Part shown: positions 40,832-52,669 of the stretch, piece by piece
Position numbering within the stretch: position 1 is the stretch's first letter
How the letters are laid out: the number at the start of each line of letters is the position of its first letter
NCBI GenBank assembly: GCA_964016885.1
Contig: OZ024745.1
Location: 51,708,001 to 51,772,000 of the forward strand
DNA length: 64,000 nt
Source of the DNA: Eledone cirrhosa
Taxonomy: Eukaryota
Direction: 5' to 3'
Made by a program: the position numbers and the translations under genes
Notes under the pieces: generated by a model
Told to the model about the DNA's origin: nothing
What the model saw: the letters and a program-made list of their open reading frames with translations, nothing else
Database searches by the model: none

Positions 40832-43800
40832 CAACTAATTCAGAGTGAAAGTAACATCAAGCAACTAATTCAGCATACGCCTCTAAAATGGAAAGGCACC
40901 AATTGGATATGTCGTTAAAAAACATACCTATTCAGGCAAAAAGGGAATATATTCTAGGTATGATACGAAGGACCAATGATTTTATTCGACGAATCAGATG
41001 GAAAACATTCCATTTTGACAAAAGCCGTATAAACCAAACATCGGATCTTAACAAGGATACATTTGGATTTAAATCTTACAAGAACCCACCCTCAAACCCA
41101 CGTTTGGATGCATTTGAACAAGACCTAATGGATATGATCATGGAGATCAAATTTACAAAACGGAAGAACAATAAACTACAGAATGACATCACGGCACTGC
41201 TCAATAATCTAAAAAACGCCAATGGAATTATTGTTAGAGCAGACAAAACATCAAACGTATATACCATGGATGTGGACACTTACAATAACTTCATCCGTAA
41301 GGAATTGCATAAAAAATACAGGAAAACTAATGAAGCTACACTTAAAAACATCAACAACTCGGCATGTGATATTGTTAAAAAACTTTGTATTGACGATAGA
41401 ACGCAACCCTTAACACCAGCTATACCATCCTTCAACCTGAAGGACCACAAGGTAAACTTCGATACTAACCCTAATATTAGACTTATATGCCCCTCTAAAT
41501 CTGATATAGGCAAAATTAGCAAATATATACTAGGCAGAATTATCCACCAAGTTAAGGTTAATGTAGAGATTAAACTATGGGGTAACACTCATGAAGCAAT
41601 AAGATGGTTTAATAACATTACTGATAAGAAAAAATCTAAATTTATTCAGTTTGATATTGATGAATATTATTCCTCAATTTCACCTGATACTCTACATGAA
41701 GCTCTTTCGTTCGCTAAGGATAATTCCGACTTTACGGATGCTGAAATTAAAATTATTATGGAAGCGAGGAAAACTATTGTTAAATTCGATGATAGCTACT
41801 GGGTTCGCAAAGATAGACCTTCTAATTTTGATATCACTATGGGTTCTAATGATTCGGCGGAAGTAACAGGTCTTGTGGGAATTTATATCACCCACAGATT
41901 ACAGGGAAAATTCAAGGATCTCCACGGTGGAATCTACCGTGACGATGGGCTCCTATTAGTTAAGCATATGAATAACCAGAATTTAGAAAGGATGCGTAAA
42001 AATATCAGAAAGCTTTTTAAGGAACTAGGATTAAATATTACATTTGAATATAACCTCAAAGAGGTCAATTTCCTTGATGTTACTTTCAATCTCAATACAG
42101 AAACGATTAAACCGTTCCATAAACTAAATGAGAACCTTAAATATGTAAATACGAGTTTTAACCATCCACTCTCTATAATTAAATCCATCCCTAGAAATGT
42201 TTCTCTTAGAATCTCCCGCCTGTCGTCCAACCAACAAACCTTCAAAGAACATGCCGAATATTATGATGATGCACTTAGGAAAGCCGGTCACCTAGATAAT
42301 ATAGAGTATATAGTCAAAGATCACCAAAACACTCAAAATAAATCCCATAGGAGTAGAAATAGCACAGAATCACCACCATACATACACTACCGCAATAGAC
42401 ACAATAATAGTCGCACACCACCAAACAGAAGGCGATGTAAGGAGTATATTTGGTACAACTCGGTCTATAACAACTCTATTAAAACCAATCTACCCTCAAA
42501 ATTCTTTCGATTAGTTAAAAAACACTTTCCAACATCACATAAATATAATAAAATCTTAAACCCTAACACTACTCGACTTTCATATTCAACCGCCCCTAAT
42601 ATTGAACAACATATAAAAAAGCTTAACGCAAAACGGTTGTATAAACGCCTTCCAACACATAACAATACACGTAAAACATTAGCTATAAAATCACAAAACA
42701 ACAAACAACATCCTGTCCTACATAAGCAACCTCATCAACCCATCCATGGCAATACAACAACGCAAAATTATAATTGCAACTGTGTCCAACCAGGAATGTG
42801 TCCGTTGAACAATCAGTGTCTTGAACGCAACATCGTATACAAATGTACTATCGAATCAGATAGACAGAAGTGGTACTATGTGGGATCTACAGCCACCTCC
42901 TTCAAATCACGCCTTTATAGACATCGTTACTCGATAAAACATGAAAACCAGCGTTATGTAACAACACTCGCAGACAAGGCTTGGCAGCTGCGTGAAAATA
43001 ACCAACAATTTCACCTAAAATGGGATATAATAGCGACTGCACCCCCATTTTTCCCATGGACAGGAATTTTGTAAATTATGTAATGTGGAATTATTTTGTA
43101 TTATGAAATCCAAAAACATTTTATTGAATAACAGAATAGAGCGATCGTTATACTGTAACCATCGCTTAAAATCTACATTTTCATATTATAAATACTACCA
43201 GGATTGAACGCCTGTCTCTATCCCCGTTTGATTGTCAAAATAGATATTAACATTCTTTATTAGTCTTAATTCTATCAACTCTTCTATTATTTACCTTTTA
43301 ATACAAACTGCTATAGATAAAATGAGATTTGTGATTGCTTGATTCAATTCCCTAATGCATATACCAGCTGGCTACTAGCATTGATGTTATTTAGTAGCAA
43401 TCGAAATCTCCCCCTTCCCCAATTGACACTTTATAATTAATACTACTGCACCAAATGACCAGCCCTGTCCACTGTCCAGTTGGTCAAGTAGAGATTAAAA
43501 TTGGCACTCCCAAAATTCTTATTTAGATTTACTCATGGTATTCTCATTAGAAACCCATTATATACTTGTTTAGCAGTAAATTAATTTACCAACTGTCATA
43601 TACTATCCCCCCTGTTTCTTGCTCTATTACTAATATAAATACTTCAATTTTTCTGATTTTATCCAGTTTATCCAAAATCTCTGAAGAAGTGACAACTGAT
43701 TATACATTTGCTATCGAATACTTGCTAACATTATATGATTACGCAAGCAGCGATACATAGGTATTCCGTCTGTTACAGAAACATATGTCAATACCTAATA

Positions 43801-43849
43801 AATTCCTTTTTTAAAAAAAGCACTTTCATTTTATATTCATCCTTTCTAC

Positions 43850-43851
<2 letters not shown>
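40832..43851 (+). mobile_element. Young Penelope-like retroelement (Naiad-like), main arm
   Basis: Long RT+GIY-YIG ORF plus ~650-bp 3' region ending in (TA)n. Confidence 0.92.
40888..43074 (+). CDS. PLE polyprotein: reverse transcriptase + C-terminal GIY-YIG endonuclease (728 aa, C-terminus frameshifted)
   Basis: SLKNIP..RRIRWK N-terminus, ADKT, QFDI..YYSSI, FDITMGS.DSAE, IYRDDG, FLDV, CNCx5CPL, NIVYKC..YVGST..FKSR...H. Confidence 0.9.
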   Translation: MERHQLDMSLKNIPIQAKREYILGMIRRTNDFIRRIRWKTFHFDKSRINQTSDLNKDTFGFKSYKNPPSNPRLDAFEQDLMDMIMEIKFTKRKNNKLQNDITALLNNLKNANGIIVRADKTSNVYTMDVDTYNNFIRKELHKKYRKTNEATLKNINNSACDIVKKLCIDDRTQPLTPAIPSFNLKDHKVNFDTNPNIRLICPSKSDIGKISKYILGRIIHQVKVNVEIKLWGNTHEAIRWFNNITDKKKSKFIQFDIDEYYSSISPDTLHEALSFAKDNSDFTDAEIKIIMEARKTIVKFDDSYWVRKDRPSNFDITMGSNDSAEVTGLVGIYITHRLQGKFKDLHGGIYRDDGLLLVKHMNNQNLERMRKNIRKLFKELGLNITFEYNLKEVNFLDVTFNLNTETIKPFHKLNENLKYVNTSFNHPLSIIKSIPRNVSLRISRLSSNQQTFKEHAEYYDDALRKAGHLDNIEYIVKDHQNTQNKSHRSRNSTESPPYIHYRNRHNNSRTPPNRRRCKEYIWYNSVYNNSIKTNLPSKFFRLVKKHFPTSHKYNKILNPNTTRLSYSTAPNIEQHIKKLNAKRLYKRLPTHNNTRKTLAIKSQNNKQHPVLHKQPHQPIHGNTTTQNYNCNCVQPGMCPLNNQCLERNIVYKCTIESDRQKWYYVGSTATSFKSRLYRHRYSIKHENQRYVTTLADKAWQLRENNQQFHLKWDIIATAPPFFPWTGIL

Positions 43852-43915
<64 letters not shown>

Positions 43916-44271
43916 TTATATATATATATATATGTGTGTGTGTATATATATATTTATAGGTATGTATGTGTATGTGTAGATGTGTGTATTGCTTACCACG
44001 TGTGTTTGTTTATTTATTTGTGTCCTATCCTGTATCGCTGTCAACTTTATAATAATTTTTATTTTCTTAAGTATTATATTTTTTTTATTTTTATGTGACG
44101 GCCTATTGCATTATATGTTTGTTCATTGTTTTTTTATTTTTCTTATAATTAATTGTGTGTGTGCGTATGTAGGTGTGGGTATATATATCTATATATGTGT
44201 ATGCGTATGTATGAGTGTATATATGTGTGTATGTATGTGTATGTATGTACGTGTGTACATATATATGTATG

Positions 44272-44320
<49 letters not shown>

Positions 44321-44361
44321 TGTGTGTGTGTTTGTGCATTTATGTGTATCTGTATGTATGG

Positions 44362-44402
<41 letters not shown>

Positions 44403-44525
44403 CATATATATGTGTATGTGTGTATGTATATGTGTGCGTGCGTGTGTGTGTGCGTGCATGTGTGTTTATCTACTTTTATATTTATTCTTTTTCCTTTCCT
44501 TTTTTCATATGGATTATATTTTTGT

Positions 44526-44714
44526 TTTTAAAATCCACTGTCAATAAATACACAAGGATTTTTTCATTCTGATGACTGAAAGCAAATGTTGTTTGCTTTC
44601 AAGAAACCACTCGTAAATGAAATAATTATCTTATGTTGTTTATTACATAACTAATAAGCTCTGTAACCGACATAGAGCACTCTATATTCCTGAACCTTTC
44701 CGAATGGATTACTT

Positions 44715-44718
<4 letters not shown>
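44526..44718 (+). repeat. Single-arm copy of the 30663-30978 family with hammerhead at 44562-44622
   Basis: tttcatt-CTGATGA-c-tgaaagcaaa..tttgctttca-a-GAAA-ccactcg-TA-aatgaaa; ends in (CA)n. Confidence 0.8.
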
Positions 44719-44805
<87 letters not shown>

Positions 44806-44807
<2 letters not shown>

Positions 44808-45735
44808 TAACAGTAAACCCCGGCGTTGCTCGGGGCTGCTCAGTAGCTGCGTTAAAGTTACAATGTTAAGTTCCTTTCTTGGCTTAAATCTGTAGATTCT
44901 ACAGTGTAGACTTTCATGTGGTACTTTTGATTAATATTCTCTCAAACAACAGTATGCCTTATGAAGTTAATAAAACATAACCATAACCCGAATGTTAAAA
45001 CAAAAGAGGATGCTGGAGATTAAAACTGCACTTGTAATCTATTGACAAATGGAAAATGTAAACACTGCAACACTTGTCACAGAGAGAAACATCAGCGTAA
45101 CCAAACTGTCAGTTATTTTGAAACAAAGAAATTGGATGGACATGAAAAAAAAAATGCGTTATTTGTCTGTCGTTTAAAATCATTGCTTCTAAATGAAAAT
45201 CTCATGAGGATTTATTCGAGATGAAGACTTTTTTTTACAAAATATCTGCTTGTTTTACGGTGTATTCAAATAGGCTTGATTTCAAGTAAAATTATTTTTT
45301 AAAAATACTTTTTAATGGAAATGAAGCAAAATGGAAGCTTAATGTTAAAATTTTGAACTCATGAATTTTCCAGGTTAAAATTTTGCTGCCCCGAAAGTTG
45401 TTTGTGTATTTTTGTTCTTTTCCACACGTCGTTTATACGTAACATAAATAGATAAGCAAATAACGCTATAAAAGGGAAATAACTCGTCTCTCATCTCTAT
45501 TTATACATTTGAACTGAAAAATCAATACATTACAAATTCGATTTTTCCACTTGGCGTGGGTCAATTTGACCGATGTCTCCGCCGGACCTTCATCTATAAG
45601 TGTAGCAATTTCACCGAAATTTGAGCGTACGGTTTAGGAGGAGATGTGTGCCGACCGTTTTAGTAGATATACAAACAAACAGACAGATTGACAGACAGAT
45701 TGACAGACAGACAAACACAGTTTTATATATAGAGA
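44806..45735 (-). mobile_element. Non-autonomous Helitron-like element
   Basis: Minus-strand 5' TCTCTATATATAAA, (GACA)n-like tract at 45680-45712, 3' GC hairpin cccggcgttgctcggg (44818-44834) close to a TTAG terminus. Confidence 0.65.
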
Positions 45736-45837
45736 TAAATATAAATATAAATATGTATATATAAATCTAAATTTAAATCTGCTGGATGAAGTATCAGTGT
45801 GAATAATTATATAATTCGTCTGTAAATTGCTTCAAAT

Positions 45838-45886
<49 letters not shown>

Positions 45887-45892
45887 GCTACG

Positions 45893-45960
<68 letters not shown>

Positions 45961-46480
45961 GTCTAGAAATTTCGTATTTCGAAAGCGGTACGATTTTAGC
46001 AAGCCGTAGCTATGCGAACACCGGGGGGGGGGGGGCTAACGCCCTCTGGTGTTGTCTAGCAGAAGCCAGGGGGACAACCGTCTATGCATTTCAGGCTTGA
46101 CTGGCCATCGTCAGGACGATCCCTCCCACTGCTTGCGACTGCTGGACTAGAAGACGGCCGAGAATATATAGTTTTCTCGTCTGTGTAAATGAGGTGATTA
46201 ATCTCATTTGCATAGGAAACTCTATAAATTAGCTCAACTTATAATAGAAAAGAAATAGAATTTCGCCTCAATATAACTTCATACAATATGGATAGACATT
46301 TCGTATTTCAAAAGAAATACGATTTTAGGAAGCCGTAGCTATGCGAACACCGGGGGGCTAACGCCCTCTGGCGTTGTTCACTAGAAGCAAGGGGGACAAC
46401 CGTCTATGCATTTCAGCTCCTTTACACAGACGAGAAAACTATATATCCTCGGCTGTTCTCAAGTCAAGCAGTCGCAGACA
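45961..46480 (-). repeat. pLTR-like partial tandem/inverted repeat upstream of the second Naiad-like PLE
   Basis: 45968-46094 recurs at 46298-46416; 46130-46189 is inverted at 46421-46476. Confidence 0.7.
46071..46123 (-). ncRNA. Type I hammerhead ribozyme
   Basis: gggatcgtc-CTGACGA-t-ggc(cagtcaa)gcc-t-GAAA-tgca-TA-gacggttgtccc; palindromic stem III. Confidence 0.75.
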
Positions 46481-46707
46481 AAATGTTGTTACCGTTGAAA
46501 TATATATAATAGGATAAATATAGTTTTATAAATATAGTTTCTATTTATTTAATATCATTGTATATTATAATCCAGAAAACTGTTGAGTGCTCTGAATCAG
46601 TTATAAATATTTATATTTGTTGAATTACCAACAAATTGAATATCCCTTCTGCTTATAAATAGCTCCTTGAATGTTGAGAACTTTAAATTATAACTGATTG
46701 CATAAAA

Positions 46708-49070
46708 ATGGAATTCTTTAGGATTTCTTCTTCTCTAAAAGATGTACCTTTACCTAAAAATAAGGAATATCTAAAACAACTCACTGAGAAATCTGACTCC
46801 TTTATACGAAGAATTAGATGGCGTGCCTTCCATTTTGATAGGAAATCGGATGACAAAATAATTAACTCCAGTTACAACTTTGATCATATCTTCAAATCTA
46901 AGAAGAATCCACCTAGCAAGAAACTACTAGCTGAATTTGAAAATGAAATAATATCTATTATACAAAATATAAAATTTAAAAAACAAAAATTTATAGGCCA
47001 GGAGTACCTTAAAGACCTCAGGAATAAAATAGACAATCTTGAAAAAACTAAGTAGATCCTCGTAAAATCTGATAAAACTAATAATTAATATGGGATGTTA
47101 AAAGAAGAATATAATAACTGTTTCTACTTTTGGCACAAGGCCAGCAATTATCCCAGTGTATTACTGGTACTTTATTTTATCGACCCCGTAAGGATGAAAG
47201 GCAAAGTTAACCTCGGCGGGATTTGAACGCAATCCGTAAAGGGACGTAACTGTGCTGCAAGCATGGGGTCCGACCCTCTACCGATACTGCCAATCCACCA
47301 CCCTTTGGGGAAGGATATAATAACCTTATATTGAAAGAACTCAGAAAAAACTACAAAATAACTTCAAACGAAGATCTGTTAACGTTAAATAGAGCAACTT
47401 CTGAAATTATTAACGAATGAGACATCCCAAATAGCACTGAACCCTTTATACCTAGAAAATCGAAAATTAACCTGCAGGATCATAAAAGAAATTTTGAAAT
47501 TGAACTATCAGTCAGACTCATCGCACCATCTAAATCGGACTTAGGCATAATTAGCAAACATATATTAGATATAATTATACCATTACTTAAAGCTAAATCA
47601 CACCTTAAACTATGGAACGGTACCCAACAAAGTAATAGATTGGTTCAATAACATAGAATTTAAACATAACAGAAAATTCATTCAAATGGATATTACTCCG
47701 AGTTTACTTAAATGCACTTATATATGCGTCTAAACATACAGACTTATCTAGTGATGAAATGAATATAATTCTAACAGCACGTAAAAACTAGTAGAATGTA
47801 ATATTCATCTCTGGACAAGAGCCGACAGAAAAAACAATTTTGATATCAATATGGGATCATCTGACTCGGCGCAACTTACATACCTCATTGGATTAATTAT
47901 TAATAATGTACTGCATTGGAAAATGCCAGAGTTGACCGGAGTTTTATATCGTGATAATACGTTGCTTTTAATTGAAAAGCATAGCAATAGCGATAGTAAT
48001 AGGAAAAGAAAATCCATAATAAAATTTTTCAACAACTACAATCTTAAGTTAGAAATAGAGAATAACTACAGAATCGTTAGCCTCTTAGATGTAACTTTAA
48101 ACCTAACACAGGCCTTTACTATCATTTCCATAAAATTAATGAAAATTTGAATTATGTAAGTTTAAATTCTCATCATACTAGAAGTATTAAAAACACTATT
48201 GTCAATAGTGTCCAACAACGCATTTCACGCATCTCCGCTAATGAAAATATTTTTGATGATAAGGTTGAATATTATAATGAAGGTTTACATAGAGCAGGAT
48301 ATTCAAATAGAATTAAATACAGAGATTACAATAACATGATATATCATCCTAGTATTAACTTAGACACTAAACCAAACAAAAAAAAGAACTAGAAATAATA
48401 TTTGGTACTCTCCCCATTCTCATTAAGCGTTAAATCACCTTTAGCAAAGCTATTCTTTAAAGCAATAGATCCCACAGATACCACTCTATTTTTAACAGAC
48501 ACACTATAAAACTATCCTACTCTAGTACTATGAACATAACACAACATATAAATAGAATTAATAATAGAAACTTAAATTTAATCCCTAACCAAACTAACTA
48601 AAATAGCAATAATAATATTTCTAACAACACTACTCAGAATAATGGTACTGTTCTGAACAACAATAACTCTAATAATTGTAACTGTAGAATCAAATCAAAC
48701 TGCCCTTTACAAAATAATTGTTTACACACAAACATAGTTTATAAATGCACAGTTAAAACTAGCGACAAAATATTTAACTATGTTGGTGCCACTTCAACAA
48801 AATTTAGGAGATCTGATAAAAGATCTTCTACTTCGCTTTCACATCTTATATGGCATTTAAAAGACAATAATATAGAATATTCAATATCCTGGAGAAAGAT
48901 TTCAAAGCACTTGCATATAAACATATAGCTTTATCAGGATTCTGTAAATTATGTATCGAAGAAATTTTTTATATAATTAACTGTCAAATCTCTATTAATC
49001 TCAGAACAGAATTATTTTCTTCTTGCAAACATCACCAAAATTCCACGTTCAGAGCTATTTTTAATTGATA
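46708..49070 (+). pseudogene. Decayed Naiad-like PLE (RT + GIY-YIG)
   Basis: SLKDVP..RRIRWR, MGSSDSA, LYRDN, LLDV, CNC..CPL, NIVYKC..YVGATST, GFCKLCIEE..NLRTEL..CKH; many stops and frameshifts; followed by a 10-bp tandem (aatatttttt)n at ~49125-49290. Confidence 0.88.
47119..47309 (-). mobile_element. tRNA-SINE inserted in the PLE
   Basis: TSD GAAG(A/G)ATATAATAAC at 47104-47118 and 47310-47324. Confidence 0.88.
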
Positions 49071-49378
49071 ATATCTCTATAAACCTTCAAAATGATCCTA
49101 TTTTCTTTAAAATATTAAATGTAAATATTTTAATATTTTTAATATTTTTTAATATTTTTTAATATTTTTTAATATCTTTTAATATTTTTTAATATTTTAA
49201 ATATTTTTTAATATTTTTAATATTTCAGAAATTTTTTATACCTCTAATATTTATAATATTTTTAATATATATATTTAATATTTTAATTTCCTACATTATT
49301 ATAATTCCGACATTATTTTTAATTCCGACATTCTTTTTGTAAAGACAGCCCTATAAATATATAGATGTAGATTGATAA

Positions 49379-51114
49379 CACCGTGTAACAAAAACATTTA
49401 TTTTCTCTTGTAATCTCTTTTTTGTGTTGTTTAGGTCCCACATAAATTAAAAAGTGCTATTAAACAGTTAAAAGTTTGGGTTTGTAAAAATTATAAGCTA
49501 TTCACTAGAATTATTTGTATGCTGGATTTTACGTTATATTCAAGTTTAATTTGCTTATGTTAAATGATTTTTTTAATGTATGTTTCATCAGTTTAAATTA
49601 AAATTATAAAATATAGAGTAATACCTAAATAAAATTATAAAAGTGCAATAAAGTATAACATTGTTAAAAAGTGGATTAAAGAGATTTATTGATACTGGAT
49701 TTTCGCACCCTGAATAAAGGGTAAGTTGTGTTTTAAGCATTCGTCTCCAGGATGAAGCAGTATAACTTGGTCAAGAAGGAAGTTTAGGGGACAAGTAAGA
49801 GAAGTCGACACGAACCTTTCTCAGGCTTTTACACTCTTAGGGATGGCCTCTGCTTCTGCAATGACGTGCCTTGACTGCTTGACGTTATTGGGGTGCCGTT
49901 TGTGCCCAAGGAGTGGCGGCTATTTATATACAGCTACACCACAAGTTTGAAGGCTGTCCTCCTCCAAAATGGAAACAAGTTCCCGACACTGTCCCTAGCT
50001 CATTCAGTCTGCCCGAAGGAAGATTACTACAGTGTGAAAGTCCTCTCGGAAGCTCTGCAATACAACCAGTACAATTGGGAAATCATTGAAGACTTCAAGA
50101 TGGTGGCTTTCCTGCTTGGACTCCAAGGAGGCTTTATCAAATTCCAATGCTTCTTCTGCCTTTGGGACAGCAGAGCCACCTCTGACCACTACAAAAGAAA
50201 AAACTGGAAGCAGCGAACAGAATTTGTAGTTGGAACCCGGAACGTCATGTGGGAGCCACTGGTTGATCCCAGGATTGTGCTCATGCCGCCACTGCACATT
50301 AAGTTGGGGTTGATGAAGCAGTTTGTGAAGGCTCTCAACCAATAATCAGCCGCTTTTAAGTACCTTCTTGAGTTCTTCCCCATGTTATCTGACGCCAAAA
50401 TCAAAGGTTGAATTTTTGTTGGACCTCAGATAAATAAGGTGTTTGAGTCTATCGAGTTCTCCAATAAGCTCAATAGGATTGAGAGAAGAGCATGGAACTG
50501 TTTCAAGGCAGTTGTTAAGGGCTTCCTGGGCAACTACAGAGCTTAAAACTACCAGCAACTGGTGCAGGACCTGATAAAGGCTTTTGGCGTCATGGGATCC
50601 AGGATGTCGTTTAAACTCCATATAATGGACGCTCACCTGGAAAAATTCAAGGACAATATGGGCGCCTACTCAGAAGAACAAGGCGAACGATTCCACCAAG
50701 ATGTGAAAAAGATAGAGTGGAGGTACCAGAGCCACTACAATGAACAAATGATGGGGGACTATCTGGGGGCTAGTGCGGGAATGCGACCTGGACTACAACC
50801 GTAAATTAAGGAAATCCAGTCATTTCTGACGTGTAAAAGTTGCTTTATAAGTGTTATTTATTTGTACTTGTTTACTTTTGATAAGCTTGTGTAATAAAAT
50901 AAATATATACTCTGTTGATTTAAATGTATGAACTGATAAATTAAAAAAAAATGTGTTTTTTCTTGAAAAATATGAAAATTTCGAAATATCAAAATCCTGA
51001 CCACAAACCCAAACTTCTGATTAAATAATAATGTTTTTCTTTCATAATAATGGGATATAACAAACCAGGAAATTACACTTATAACCAGGGAACAAAAAAA
51101 TATGTTACACGGTG
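49379..51114 (+). mobile_element. Chapaev3-like (CMC) DNA transposon, internally deleted
   Basis: 12-bp TIRs CACCGTGTAACA/TGTTACACGGTG with TAA on both flanks; transposase remnant ~49750-50830 (WRLFI..SLKAVLL, PPLHIKLGLMKQFVKAL, SEEQGERFHQD); family name from recall. Confidence 0.8.
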
Positions 51115-52571
51115 TAATCTTTAAATGACGTTCTGAAAATGTATCCTCTTTAAGATAGTTCTTCGAAAAAGACATTACATTTTCCCTCTCTCCTTTTGTT
51201 ATCCAAACATTCATCCATCTTTCGACTAAAATAATGGATCTCACACAAAATAATATTTAATTTTTTTCTCTAAATGTAATGCTTAACAACCCAAATTGGA
51301 GTTATCTTTCCTTTCTCAATCGTTGCAAACATAAACATTCTTCTCAATCGTGCAAACATAACGATTTTTGTTTGATAATCTATATAGCTTCGTTAATTTA
51401 ACAATATTCAAATTTATATTTCCCACTATGGTCTCTGTAATATGGAGATTTTCCAAATTTTAAATTACAACAACATTCTTGTTAACGGTAATATTGAAAA
51501 AACTATTTTTTGTCGACATAAATCGGCGACTAAATTTGAGAACTTTAGACCAGCTTAATTCCATCTATCTATTCCATAACCGAGAGTGTAGCACTTGGAT
51601 CTATTATGATATCACATTATCAACATCATCATCATTTTAATTATCATTATAATTATAATTGTCATCATCTATCAAAGAACAACATCAAAACCTCTTATAT
51701 TTACATTCTTATTTTATATATCTCTATTTTTCACTCTTTAACCTAATATTTATCTACCTAAATTTATTTATTTATCTCTGTCATTTTATTTTATCATATA
51801 ATATAACTTAAAACTAATTAATTTATTTATTTATTAAAATAACCAATATACACATAAATATATTTAACATTATAATATTTTCACCATTTTTTATATATCT
51901 ATTTTTATTTTTATTTACATTTATTCATGGATTAACGTTTATTCATCTATTCGTCCCTCTATTCTTCTCTCTATCCTACGTTATTTCTACTTATGTTGTC
52001 TCTCCTTTATCTGCCATCATCTTCTATATATCTTCCTCTCTTTATATTTCTATCTATAATAATTTCACCTTTTCTTCTTCTTTCTCTTTTTCTTTTTCCT
52101 TCTTCTTCTTTATCCTTCCTTTCCTTTCTCTCTTTACTGTATTTATTTCCCTTTCTTCCTCCTTTTCTTTCTATATCTTTATTATTTATATTATTATTGA
52201 TGATGTAATTTGAATTTGTAATCATGCCGATTACATATATATTTTTGAACAGTTTCAGAAGATCTAATAGAGTTAACATCGTATTTAAAATTGAGTGGCA
52301 CTGCTTTTAGTGTTCAACAATTTTTAGACAACTATCAGTGAAACAATTGTTAGACTGCAAATAAATCCCCCTTTCTGTACTGTTGACCATGTTATTCTTC
52401 ACTTCTTCAATTTTATTTCTCCAAGATAAACTTACATAGGAATACAAGTGAAACCATAAACTCGTCATCTACGTAAACCTCTTGTTGAGTCAAAGCCGTA
52501 CGCTAAAACTATCCATAATAAGAAGTAATCATAACCTTTAATTGAATTACCTATAACGATATATTGTTATC

Positions 52572-52665
<94 letters not shown>

Positions 52666-52669
<4 letters not shown>

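Noticed and set aside
40888-43207. Selenocysteine recoding, reported for some Naiad elements
   Set aside because: No in-frame TGA in the ORF; Cys motifs use TGY codons and the premature stop is TAA
39144-43760. Duplicated 64-aa (39144-39338, 43566-43760) and 79-aa ORFs
   Set aside because: They recur only because of the inverted duplication; 3' region or antisense frames with no independent coding evidence
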